The position numbers and the translations under genes are program-made. Of a stretch of DNA of 64,000 bases, positions 25,531-38,107 are shown in pieces (the first letter of the stretch is position 1; each line of letters starts with the position of its first letter). The notes below the pieces were generated by a model. It did no database searches, was not told the origin of the DNA, and worked only from the letters and a program-made list of their open reading frames with translations. This DNA comes from Rhizodiscina lignyota. Its lineage: Eukaryota. Where the stretch lies: contig ML978123.1 in assembly GCA_010015805.1 (NCBI GenBank), positions 1,426,001 to 1,490,000 of the forward strand, read 5' to 3'.

Positions 25531-26308
25531 GTTGTCCGATGAGCATTTAAAATCATGTCGGCGGTGGGATCTTATATATTTCTCACGGTGCATAACTACT
25601 AAGCTCATTCGCCTAAGTTGAAGGAGGCTGACGGCGCTTCCTACTTCGGTCAAGATTGTGCTCAAACGGGCCTATGACAGACGGATGCATTACTAAGCCT
25701 CCTTTGTACTGTGCATGAACTAGCTACAGGTAAGAGGATGATCTACAAGATATCTTTCAAGCGGATATATTTCTGGAGATTGAGTCCATTTCCATTTTCC
25801 TACCCAGATGGCTAAATGTGTTGTTGCGCGGAGAAGGTCTCCCGATGCTGGAAAACGCAGTCTGAATATCCATACAAGCTCCTGGATACGCGCAAATCTT
25901 GATTGTAGATCTCCTTCTATGAATAAAATAAGGAGATACGTATGTCTGAAGTGTTCTCTTGCACATCATCCACTGCCGGCAAGCGGCTCAAGAGAAAGAC
26001 GTGCCTTCTATCCTCAAATTCAATCTACCAATGCAAACTGCGGCCAAGCTCTGCATGACGAGCATTGCCCTAGATAGACTGCTGAGCAGTCTAAAAGCAT
26101 TGGGGTGAAACATCCACAAAGTGTCCATTTACGCAAGAAAAAAGTCCGTGAGGGAAGTCGAGTTCTCTGTCTTGTCGTTCAGATACTATTAGTACATCAG
26201 AGCAAAGCTTCCCCAACGCCTCGCTGAAAATCAAATGAAGCAAAATGACCAATAGTCCATCTGCCGTAACCCAGTGGCGATCTAAAGAAACATCGTGAAG
26301 TGCCGTTA

Positions 26309-28186
26309 TCAATCGTAATGCATGAAAAGCTGACTTATGCTCTCACCAAACTTGTTCCGCCTGATAGCCTCCGATAGCAGAGAACTCACGTCCAGAATGG
26401 TCAGCTTCTGGCTTCTTTCCGCCTTCTCTACATCGATGGGGAAGCTGTTCGTCACAATGATCTTCTCGATGCACTCGCAGCTCTCCAGTTCCTCAAGGCA
26501 GTTGTCGCCAAAGAGGCCGTGTGTGGCAAAGCAGTAAACTTTTGTCGCACCCCCGCGCTTTATAACGGTCTCGGCTGCCGCAACCCATGATCCCGATTTG
26601 TCGATCATGTCGTCGATGAGGAAGACAGGTCGATCTCGTACGTTGCCAACAAGTGTGACCATCGTTTCGACTTCCGAGTCCTGCAAGTCTTCCTCCTCTT
26701 CCTCAGAAGTTGCCCCTACATCGATATGGCCACCGATCACACTCTGAGTCTTGAAAGATGAAGTTGTAGATATGAATGAAGACATCATGTGCTCGGGAGG
26801 GTCGCCGGCATCGGAACTGCCTCCCCGAGCACTGTGCATGCCATCGTATCCAGAGATACGAGCGAGTCGTGGAGTTGCGCTGGCTGACGCGGCAGAGATT
26901 GATGGTGAGGGCTGCTGCTCCTCTTCGTCAACGATGTGGCCGTGGATAAGTCGACCCGTAATTACGTCGCGTGCGCGCTGAGAACTGTGAGGATCTGTCC
27001 ATAGATTGGTCTAACACTCATTCACTTACCTCGTCCGTAAATTCCTCCTCAAGCTCAGCAATTGTCGTTGGCTCTGTCCGACTTCTTCGAAGATCATTCG
27101 CTGGGGGTGTATCGGGTGTATCGGGGGGAGGCGCTGGGCTGAGCAGAGGTATTATTGGAAATTTATCGTCCGGTTTTAGCGGAATAGGTTGTGAAATCGC
27201 TCTCGAGCTTCTGGTCCCCGCGCTGGGAGTACCCATTCCGTTTGGAGTGGTATCATCGCTCTCAACCTTGTCCTGCGTTTCGACCCCCTCGCTAGTGAGC
27301 TCTTTCTTTTCGTCCTCTTTCGAGTCCAGACTCCCGTTCTCTTGATGCTCGTTGAGGCCATCCACAAGCTTCTCCAGTATCATACTTCCAGCCATAGAGT
27401 ATGGATCATGCAAGTGATGCCCAAGAAACCTTCGTCTATCCGTCGTCACAATGCCAAAACTCAGCTTGAGAGCATCTGCTAAGCTGGTCACTCTCTTCGT
27501 GCCGCCTGCATTCTTGCTCACAACCACTGCTTCTTGCCAATTGCGTATGTGTGTCTTTATCCACCGTGCGATAAGGGGCTCTGCGACGAGGTTGTCCACT
27601 GTGCACTTGAAAAAACCCTGCATCTGGCTCGCGTGGAGATCGATTGTGATGACGTGGCTGACGCCGGCTACATGGAGGAGGTTGGCAACCATTCTGGCTG
27701 TAATGGCGCCTCGATGGGACTTTTTCTTCGATTGACGGCAGTAGGGGAAGTATGGCATGACGGCTGTGACAAGTTAGATCTCGCCTGAAGACCGAACGAC
27801 TGTCATAATTACCTGTGATACTCTTCGCTGATCCGCCTTTGCATGCAGATATCATAATGAGTAGTTCAACGAGGTTGTCATTGATCCTGAGCTGTCAGTC
27901 TTGTCCCGGTCGATTTGTGCGATATAGCCATACCTGCTGCTGCCACTTTGTACGATGTAGACATCCTGATCGCGAATTGAAGTCACTGTAGCTCATTAGT
28001 TATCACACTCACTACTTGAAGTATTGAGTACGGCGCAGCTTCACAAGACGTACATATTTGCACGCTCGTCTCTCCATTGCTAAACTTTGAGAGCTCAGCC
28101 TTGCCTTGTTTCTGGCCCAGTCGATCGCATATGCCCTCCACCAGCGCAGGATGCGACGAGCCTGAGAAGATCTGGGCCTGCCGCAT
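26309..28186 (-). CDS. Ribose-phosphate pyrophosphokinase (Prs5-like, with a long insertion), multi-exon
   Basis: MRQAQIFSGSSHP, FSNGETSV, MPYFPYCRQSKKK, DLHASQMQGFF, VVSKNAGGTKR, IDDMIDKSGS and ATHGLF. Confidence 0.95.
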
Positions 28187-28623
28187 CTTGTCTGGACATG
28201 GAGAAGTGCGTTGTTGTGGATAAGAGCTGCTTGAGAGGAGGGGTACACAAATTTCGAAAGCCGTTGCGGCTCACGCGATGTCAAGGGTCCCCACGTCTTG
28301 CTGCAGGTCGCCGTTTAAGTTAATGGGAAGCGCGGAACCTTGACTTTAGGGCGGAGGATTTACAGCTAGACAAAAAGTGTGGTGATATACACATTTAATT
28401 GAGTAATTCGCTCGGTTGCTATCCGTTCTCACTTGTTTGCTCGTACTTAGTTACCGCGCAGCCCTGTCCGCATGAAGCGATAACAGCTTTTGGGACACCT
28501 TTTTTGATCGCCAAACGTTCTGATTCATACCTGCATATATGGCACCGTGAGATTTTATAAGATGTAGCTAACAACGATCATTTTTAGGATGCAAACCAAA
28601 TTCTAACCATCCTATCCCCGACA

Positions 28624-29283
28624 ATGGCAGCAAACGTACGCGACGCTGTCACCCTCCGCCCGGCGATGACTGCCGATATGGCTCCAATTGCCAAATTCCA
28701 CGCCTGGTACGTCGAAAACACAGTTATAACGTTTCGCAAGGACGCAGTAGAGCCATCAGAGCTTCTCGAGGGGTATCAGAAGATCCTAGACCAGCAGCTG
28801 CCATACATTGTCGCTGTCCCCGCGCAGGGGACCGTTGAGGAGCAAGAACCAATTGGTTTCTGCTATGCGTCAGGTTTCCGTTCGGTCAAAGCAGGATACT
28901 TCCAAACTGCCGAGCTGTCTCTGTTCTGTCACCCTGAACACAGGGGCCGAGGCATTGGTACAATGCTACTTCAGCGCATGCTTGCGATCCTCAAGGAGCC
29001 GGAGAAGTTTCCGGAGTATGCAGGGCCTAAGGGCCCAAGGACAAAGGAGGAACGAGTGAGACAATTCATCGCATGTATGAGTGTGGATGTGGATGCAAAG
29101 AAAAAGGGACTGGCGCTGAAGGAATATTATGAATCTTTTGGATTCGAGCAGAGAGGACACTTGAGAGAGGTTGGATTCAAATTCGGCCGATGGTGAGTCT
29201 GTCCCTGAAGCCCGTTCTTGCTGCCATATTGATTGGGCAATATCAGGATCGACACGATCTATTTGCAGCTCACTCTGTGGTGA
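28624..29283 (+). CDS. GNAT N-acetyltransferase (phosphinothricin-acetyltransferase-like); 2 exons
   Basis: YVENTVITF, LSLFCHPEHRGRGIG (acetyl-CoA motif) and GFEQRGHLREVGFKFGRW|IDTIYLQLTLW*. Confidence 0.9.
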
Positions 29284-30642
29284 GAATCGCTCGTCTAGAT
29301 CGCGGAGGCACTTTTTTTCCCCTCCAGTAGGTCCTGTTTACAGTGAGCATACGGGAATATCTTGATAGCCTCCGTCCAATATTTCCTTATCTATGCTTAA
29401 ATTGTGGTTCGCGATAATTAGGCGGTCAAAGAAAAGTGCCAGACCTCTCCTATCGAGGGGAGCATTCCCTGCTATCGTTGAATTGCTGACCAACCAAGAA
29501 AAGTTTCGAGTGGACCGCCCCACAAGAGGATGGTCGCATGAGTGAAACAAGCCTCTGAAACGGGGCAATTAATAGACACGACTCCATCTGGGGAACTTCG
29601 GGCCGTTTGGTGAGGCTGCCAAAGCGAACTGTTCGTGCTCACGATGGTCTCCATCGGCAGCATCGGAATGTCGGCAGGGAGTACTCTATGGTCACCGCTC
29701 ACCTCAATATTGACAAAGCTTTAGATCGAAGATGACCGTTCTGGCTTCAGCAGACTGTTGTGCCGTGTCACAAAATACGTCATAAGCACGCAGCGGGAAA
29801 TCGCATTTGGAGAAGCTGTGGGTGTGTGCAGAGTTTGAGATCCTGAAATTGATTGTGAGCAAAATGCCTAGGCAGACTACCCCTACCAAATTCAGGACCG
29901 CGTATATGGACCTAAGTATACATCGGGGTGAAGGGGAAAAGGAGAGGGGCATGGACAATAAAACAATCTTCAGCAAATCAATGGCCAGGATACGTGCCAC
30001 CGGAAGTGAATCCGATGGGTACAGTAACGTGACTCAAAATCGCTGTGCGTGATCCAAAACTTGAGAAAGCCGCCAATGCGCCACCAAAAAAAAGCCCGCG
30101 AGGGCCGAACGTTGGCAGCGCACCACCTTGGTGGTCCAACAGTCTAGGATATCGCAAAGTGCCACGGTGCTTTCGCCGGAACGTGCAGGGGGGGATTTCC
30201 AGGAGAAAACGAGTGATTCGCCAGGACGCCATGCTTTTTTTCTTTTTCATGACAGGGAAGGGACAGTAAGAAAACCAGCCGCCGTTGTCGCTGAGCCGTG
30301 CATCAAAAAACCCTCGCCAAAATGCGATCAAGGAAATTTGGGTCGTGGCAGAAAGCCACGTTCAAGGCGCTGAGAAAGGTGTAATTTGTGGTCGCGAACC
30401 TTTGGGTCAATGGATCCGAGTCCTCGGATCGCCCTGGCACCATTGACGTCGATCGGTGCAGGCACACGAATGGAACCTTGCAACGCATCTGGGGCATGGG
30501 GCATCAGCAAAGAACTCGAACACAGCAACGTTTCAAACAATAGGAAAACGAGCAGACTGTCGCAAGGTGCCATTGATGGGATAAGTGAATAGAGAGACTG
30601 CCAGCGCTTACCTTTCGCGAACCTCATCACACCATTCTCGAT

Positions 30643-30807
30643 TTAGGCCTTGTACGTGCAGGGTTGGCACGTCTTCAGCTTGCACTTCGAACACTCGTAG
30701 ATGTACCAGTGAGGGCCGGAGTGGCACATGTGGCAGTTCCACAAGATGAGGGTCGTGTCCGACTTGAGGAGCTTGAAGTCGTGCTGGCAACTGCCGGATG
30801 CAGCCAT
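30643..30807 (-). CDS. 54-aa Cys/His-rich (C1-like zinc finger) microprotein, below the ORF-track cutoff
   Basis: MAASGSCQHDFKLLKSDTTLILWNCHMCHSGPHWYIYECSKCKLKTCQPCTYKA*. Good start context (AAAAATGG), strongly C/G-ending codons, three CxxC pairs, and consensus introns in both flanks. Confidence 0.8.
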   Translation of the reverse strand: MAASGSCQHDFKLLKSDTTLILWNCHMCHSGPHWYIYECSKCKLKTCQPCTYKA

Positions 30808-33800
30808 TTTTTGGATCTCGGTGTTTTTGGTTGTTTGGGTTGAGTTTGCCGTGCTGACTATAAACTGTTAACGAAATCACGCGTTGCCTTTGAAAAAAGG
30901 ACGTCATTCGGAAGATTCTTACGTGTAGGTGCAAGACCGGAGAATATCTGCAGGATGCAAGGTACCAGCAATTGTTTGGTGAGGTGTGGGAGTGTGGAGG
31001 TGGAAGTTGGAGGCTGCTTGAGTTAAAGGTCGAAGCAAGCTGATGGTGTTGGGCCCAAAGGGGCTAGCGCAGGCTACCAGGGCTGTGCACAGGGCTCTGG
31101 CGCGTGGACTTTAAGGAGAGCTAGCAGGCAAGGTTGACGTTGACCGCAAACTCGAATCTCGCGGATGTCGGGTATGGAGATGGAGTGGTCAATCACAGTT
31201 GGGAATTGATGGAAGTGCCGCGTCGGTTTGGAGGAGCCGTCAACCTTATATCCTCCAGCACCCACGGATCATGCTGGTGCGCCTGTGACAATTGCACTGT
31301 TGCTTAGCCTGTCTTGGATGGCCTCTCTATCACGATGTGACTGCTACTGCACCGGCTTTGACAAACGACTGATATAGGCAGCGTCACAAACGCTATGGCC
31401 GCGCGCTCAAAGTGTCAGTGAGGGCTCCAAAGGGGGAGCCGTCATACCTATACTCCCTCGACTGTTCCCTATTCCAGCCAGTCGTCAATCGAATGCGGCA
31501 TGGCTGAGCGAAGCTTGTCAAACTTGGATCCTTCTGCCGGGGCCACGGATCTGGGAAAGGTTGCAGTCGCGCCTGGGTGTAGCTGAGAGCCCGGCGATGG
31601 AGGGCCAAAGACTCGTCATCCGCATCACTCGGAAGGGAGGGAAAGGGCGGGTGGATATCCAAGGGCTCACTGCTAGTGGCGGGTGCTACAAGATGCGATT
31701 TGGCCTCGCCGTCATGGGCGGCAGAACGACAGGGAGTGGGCAATCGGGGGCGGGTCTTGAGTGTGCATGGAAGCGTTCCTTGAGCTCAGAAACGCTCACC
31801 GGCGTGCTGCAACGGCCATTCTTCTGGAAGGGCTATCGATTGCGGAGGTGGGAGAAAAAGGAAATGCTCCAATGGCTGGCGCAGATGGCGTCGTGGAAGC
31901 GCGGATCGCCCATTAGCGGGCTGATTTTAAGGTTTAGGTGCTTCTGCCATGATTCAGGCGGAGAATTCCTCGCACAATGGGCACAATCCCTTGAGCATCC
32001 CTCCTCCCCTTGAGGGCGAGAGGGAGAAGCAGCCAGCCAGCCTCGCCGTTTGATTGCTCTGCTCACGGCGCCGAGCGGACCAATGCAGATGCCGGTGGAG
32101 ATGTCGGGTCGCCGAGTAAGCAGCCATATCGACATCACGCGACGAGGGTGGAGGTGGAGGATGGGCGGGAGTCGAGAATCGCGAGGTGCAGAGGCGTCGA
32201 CAGAGGGACAGAGGTTCGCAGTGCGCTCACCGAGCGTCGCTGCATGGGCCGACGTCAAGAGGCCTGTCTGACCCAAAGGAGCGGCTTGCAGCACCGAAAC
32301 TTCCCACATCCATGGCTGGCGCGCAGGGAAGGACAGCCACTGGGCCTAGGAGCCGTCGGTCTCGCGTTGGACCTGACTCTCTCCACCTCCTCAGTCCCAG
32401 ACCCCTCCCAAGTCACAACCCAGACGCCGAAGTATTGAGCCGTGCCGCTTCCGCTCTCAACGCGCTCCTACACGGCCAATCGAGCAATCCTCCTCTCCGG
32501 CATTTCTTCCTTCGTTCTCGCTATAGACTGGTTTCCGCTTGCCGCCCGCTTCTCACCGCATCCATGCCGGCCATCCTTCAAACAACCCTCCCGCCAGATC
32601 CAGCACGTTGTGCATGCCTCGTCGGTGCTTCTGCACCTTACTCCAACCGGCAGATTTGTGGCAGGGTACACAGATCATAGCTTGGCTTGGCTCTCCTGCA
32701 AGATCCATACCTACTGTGCTCGAAACCTGGGCAGAAGATTCTGCAGCCCTGCGTCGCTTGTGCTCCCAGTGCCGCCACAGGTAGCACATGGAAGTCTTCC
32801 GCTGCATGCAGCACAAACTTAGGTTGACGACAAAGGCGATGCGTTGCTTGCGAGCAGACCAGAGCATCGCAAGTTGCAGCAGCAGATCTTGTGACCTCAC
32901 TGGGATGTCTGGACCAGGTACCGATGCACCTCATATTCAGCCAGGAGCGCGCATGTACACGACTTCAAACGTAAGAGATGCTGCGGGTCATCAACCGTAT
33001 GTAGCCGTATCCCCTGGGCCATGAAGAGCCAATTGCTCCTCCAACAGTCGCTCCTACACCGCTGGACCTATGGTAGAGCCTCTATACGCGCGCTTCCATG
33101 CGAGTTGGCAACGTTGGACTTTGCTGTTACGGCGATCCCGACTTCTGCATTCGGTGCCTTGCATTCGGCCGGCCTGCCGGATGCGGCCTGCTGCATCAAT
33201 ATAAAACTCACCAAGCCGACAGCTATTTCTCCTACTCGCCCGTGGCTATGTCCAACTTCGCTTGCAACGTCGTCGTCGATCGCTCGTGGGCATGGGCGAT
33301 GGTGTGATGCCGGCCGTCGGCGCTGCCAACTTTTGCACTACCCGTCAACTCCCTTGTAGCGCGATTTGCACTACTCAAGGTCTGAAACCTGTCTTTGAGC
33401 ATTGTCAGACCGCTTCTGCGGGCCGTGGCAGACCGCTGCGGATGCTGTGCAACTCGAGAAGCGAGCGACCACGCCTACAGAATTCTCTTTAGGCGACAGA
33501 AGCTTTTTAGGGAGCGTGGCACTCTCACACCATTCCGCATATCGCTCAATCGACTCTTCTATGACTGTTCCATTTATATTCGTGTGAGTTGTATCACACT
33601 TCTAGAATATCTCCTTCTTTTAGAGCTTCCACCTGGAAAAGTTATTGCTATGCATCACGAAATGGGTACTGAGATGCCATTGATATTTCGGACGTGTCAT
33701 AGAAATAAAATTCATTTCCAACCAGGTTACAGATGTGCCATTATATTTCAAGAGTCCTCTTGTTCGTTTCTTGGAGGCGAAAGCGTTCACATCATCTTGC

Positions 33801-34520
33801 GACTTGTCCGCTTGTTCAGTTCAATGTCTTTTTTTTTAATATAGACGTGTACTTGTCTTGGAGACGAGTGAGGAAAGTCCTTGCACCGTTTTGAGATACT
33901 GCTAGTCAAATCGTGCAGTCTAGATCTCGGTCTTTGCTGCTCATCGGTCAGTTGTGGATGGAGATATTCCATATCTGCTCTCTGATCTCTATCTCTGAGA
34001 ACAGTGGCAATCAGTTCTCTCTGCATATCGCTTCTACTTCCACAAGCCACAAGCAGCCATTTCCCGTGACACCTCGCACCCGCTGAGGCTCAAATTCAAG
34101 CAAGCCTCGCGACTCAGGTACCGGAAGCAATCAATTGGATACCAAAACGGCCTGCAGGAACAGGGGATGGCGCAACGCCGATCCAGGTACCGCTATCATC
34201 GTGATGGCGCTTTGCCAGGGGATGCTGGTTCCGTGACACAGCACAATACAGCGGAGCTGCAGGATGCGGCGAAACAGTACCATTATACGGCAGGGGAGAT
34301 GCTTAATTGGCTCGAATGAGAGTGGTATAAATAGAAAGAGGCTTCTCAAACAGCAGTTGGTTCTGATTTTTGAAGTTTTCAGACTTGCGGAAGGAACTCT
34401 GCAGAATGGCAGGATTGTTAATGTCGAGTTCTGAGCATCGGGCTGCGTTGTCCCACTTTCTCCTATTCTACAACAAATCCATATTCTCTCCAATCGAGAA
34501 CCATTCACATCTCCATCCAA

Positions 34521-37331
34521 CTAGGCCTTCAGGCCTTCCAGCAGCGCACCCTCGCCCTTCTGCTCCACTGCCTTGAAAGCATCACCCTCACCATCCAGTC
34601 CCTTCTCCGCTCGCAGGTATGCCTCTTCACTACGATCTGTCAATATCTCCAGGTCCCTCTCGCTCAGAATGTGCTTTCCACCCTCATCTACATCAAACTT
34701 CTCGCCATCACCCCTTCTCAACAACTTCTGCAGTTCCTCCAAATCATCCCGGTCCTCCCGTTTCTTCGCACTCGACTCTCCCCGAAGCAATCCACCCTTC
34801 CGAATCACCAGCTTCTCGAGCCGCCTTTTGCCCTCTGCCTGCTCAAGTAGCGTCTGCTCGACGGTACCACGCGTCGCAAACCGGTACACAATGACGTTCC
34901 TTGTCTGACCGATTCGGTGTGCGCGATCCTGTGCCTGCAAGTCTTGCTGCGGATTCCAGTCGCTGTCGAACAGGATGACGGTATCTGCGGCTGCAAGATT
35001 GATTCCCTGGCCACCCGCTCGTGTGGATAGTAGGAATAGATTGCTGGCATCTTTTGCGGCGCGGCCGGTTGCAGGCGTATTGAAGGCCTTGATCTGTTCT
35101 TGCCGCTCTGACTGGGGGACTGAGCCGTCGATGCGACATATATTCCAACCTCGCAGCTGCGTGGCGTACGACTCGAGGAGATCGAGTTGTGTCTTGAATT
35201 GACTGAATATGAGGACTTTGTGGCCGTCGTTGAATAGTGCGGGTAGGAGAGAGTCAAGGAGAAGCATTTTGCCGGATGAAGATACCAGCGTCTCATCTGG
35301 TATCTGTTCTGCCCTGTCATTTGCTGCTGCCGAGATAGAAAAGGGGTTGAAGAAGTTGTACGGAGAGTCGCAGCACAGCCGTAGTTGCATCACGGGGTTC
35401 TGCAACTTCTTGGACGCAATTTGACGCTTGGCCAGTATCAGCGTGTCTGCACGGATCTGTTCTTCCTCTTCTTCCGAGTCCATCGGTGTATCGTCAGTCT
35501 CCTCCTCTTCTTCGTCTTCCTCAAGCTGCCGGAAATACTTGCGGTCACTGATTTCTTCGTAGTTCTTCCGCTTCGACACCTTGCGCCCTCGGCCGCTCGT
35601 AGTTGTGATAGGAGACGATGCCCTGCTAGTCTTTGCACTCTTGTTTGGCGTATTGGCGCGGCTATTGTCGATAGCTTTTCGCTTGAGGCTGGCTCTACTG
35701 CCTCCGCTGCGAGGAGTGGATGTACCACTGGTGAGCTGCTCGACCGCCTTTTCTTCCAAATATGATCGACTCGTGCCGTCAAGTATCGCTTGGTATAGTT
35801 CCCTTTGCAGAGTAGTAAGAGGGGCAAAGAGAACGTATTCTCGCTTTCGAGGCATAAGCTTCTCAACGTCCGCCTTGATACGCCGCAATAGGAAAGGTTT
35901 GAGGATAGCATGTAGAGAAGCAACTAGTCGCTGTTTTCGTTCCTCGGAGAAAATTTGCTCGTATCCATTGCGGTCCTTCAGAGCAGAGAAATCGAACCAA
36001 CTTTCAAATGACTCCAGTTTGTCGAAGATTGAAGGCATCAAAAAGTGTAATAACGACCACAGCTCGGTTAAGTTATTCTGCAAAGGAGTGCCGGTGATGA
36101 GGAGGCGGTTGGCGGATTGGTATGATTGAAGCTCGCGGATGAGACGACAGTTGAGATTCTTAATCCGATGGCCTTCGTCAATAATAATGAACTTCCAACC
36201 GAAACCAGCAAGAAACTTCCGGTCGTTCATGCAGATCTCGTAGCTGGTCACGACCACTGGAAATTCTTCACTTCCAGGCCGTTTGAGCTTCTTCCGCCTG
36301 ATCTCTTCGCGTTCGGGCTTGCTACCATGATACAAGACGACTGGTATTTTTGGTGTCCATTTGCGGAACTCTTCCACCCAATTGCTCGTAGTACTGAGTG
36401 GAGCGGCAATCAGGAATGGCCCAAAAGTGCCCTTTTCCCGTAAGAAAGCCAAGAATGATATCGTCTGGATTGTCTTCCCAAGGCCCATTTCATCGGCCAA
36501 AATCCCGTTCAAGCCGTTCTCATAGAGAGAAGTCAGCCACTCCAAGCCCTCCAGTTGGTATTGGCGCATCGTGCCACCTGTAACAAGCTCCGGCTGTCGA
36601 GCTGAACGTAGATTCTGGATCCCAACGTCACCTGTCTTTACGTCCGAATCCGCCGCCTCTTGCAACGCAGCTGAGATGTCTCCTTTGCCGGCTTTAGCCT
36701 CTATATCCTCTTTCTTGAAATAATCAGATATCTTTCCGGCACTCTCTGACGTTTTTGGCTTTCCACGTCCTCGAGTTGGCAGAGATTTGTTCTTTGACTC
36801 TGGACTTGCCGGCTGAGCATCGCCCACAGTACTGCCCGTAGTTGTACGAGTTGCCCTTCGTTGTGACGCTTCTGCAGCTTGTTCTGCCTTCTCTTCACGC
36901 TTCTGCGCGCGTTTTCGGCCCTTCTCGTCCTTTGCCTCATCTTTCTCTTCTTGGCGTTGCATCTGTGAGAGCATGATCGTGGAGTACAGCTGCTTCAACA
37001 TTAGCTATCGCTGTAGAGCGGCAATCAGCTGGATTACCCATACTTTGCTCTGGCTAAGAAGATACTCCAAGGCTTTAAACTTCTGGTCAACGACTTCTTT
37101 ACCTCCCTCTACGTCTTTGCGTCTCTCCTTGGCCATGCGCTCATCGCGCTTCGCTTCCTCCTTTTCCCGGATGCGCGCCATCTTTCCTTCCTCTTCCCGC
37201 ATTGCCTTGGATACACGATTGTCATTTAATTCGGCAGGAGGCGGTGATGACGCAGGAGTGGAATGCACTGATCGAGAGCCCGCGGTCGCAGGGCTTGCAC
37301 TGGACGCTAGGGAGGTGGTTCTCAAAGGCAT
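34521..37331 (-). CDS. SNF2-family chromatin remodeler, LSH/DDM1/Irc5 (MUS-30) subfamily; 2 exons
   Basis: N-terminal KALEYLLSQSK|LYSTIM, QPELVTGG, GILADEMGLGKT, DEGH, LITGTPLQNNL, LLSTRAGGQGINL and DSDWNPQQDLQAQDRAHRIGQ. Confidence 0.93.
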
Positions 37332-38107
37332 AGTGAAGCTCGTGGTGGCGCTGAGTGGGAAACAAAGTCCGTTGCATGCGACAAAGTCTCTCAGATTGAC
37401 ATGTAGCGCAACAATGGAGCAGATATGTGAAGGATATGGGTATACAGGCACGGTTCCTGGCGGAAGGGTGCCTGGACGATGAGGAACGAGGAGTACAGAG
37501 ACGCGTCGCGTCATAGAAGGGACGCCACCCACGCGAAACTAATTTAGGTCAGATGGCCGACCAAAGGAATTTTCATAGAGATCGAGCACATTTTCCTCCT
37601 GAAAAGGTCCCATCTCTTTGGGAACATCCTACCTCGTACCGTGCCGCCAATATAACGAATGATCATATGACGGGAACCTACCTAACTCCTCTTCCCTCTA
37701 GAATCTATGCTCTCAAATTCTTCTTGGTCACGTGCTTTCGCGTTCTCACGCTATTCCAGTGGAGCCTTCATCTTCGATCCCTGATTGGTGCGAAATTTGC
37801 CAAGGGCAGACATCAACCACCAACGTACCTGCGGTAGATCTTCATCCCATCCCCGTCCCTCCGCATCATGAAGAGGCACCAAAGCAAACATCTTAGGGCC
37901 GATCGGGGAGATAGATCTTTTCCATGGCACATACATGCTCTTTGGCGGCTAGTGTAAGCTAACAGGAATGCCAGGTACCGAGTAATTATCCGCCTTGATG
38001 CTCCTCTCACCGTTCCTGGTAGGTATATATTGTATTTCTCCTCTCGATTTAGGTTGTGTAATCACTCTAGCACGAGAATTTCTGTTTCGACCATTTTTCG
38101 GCGCATC

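Noticed and set aside
33098..33307. Cys-rich 69-aa ORF (CCYGDPDFCIRC)
   Set aside because: No regular metal-binding spacing or codon bias, and it overlaps other equally weak ORFs.
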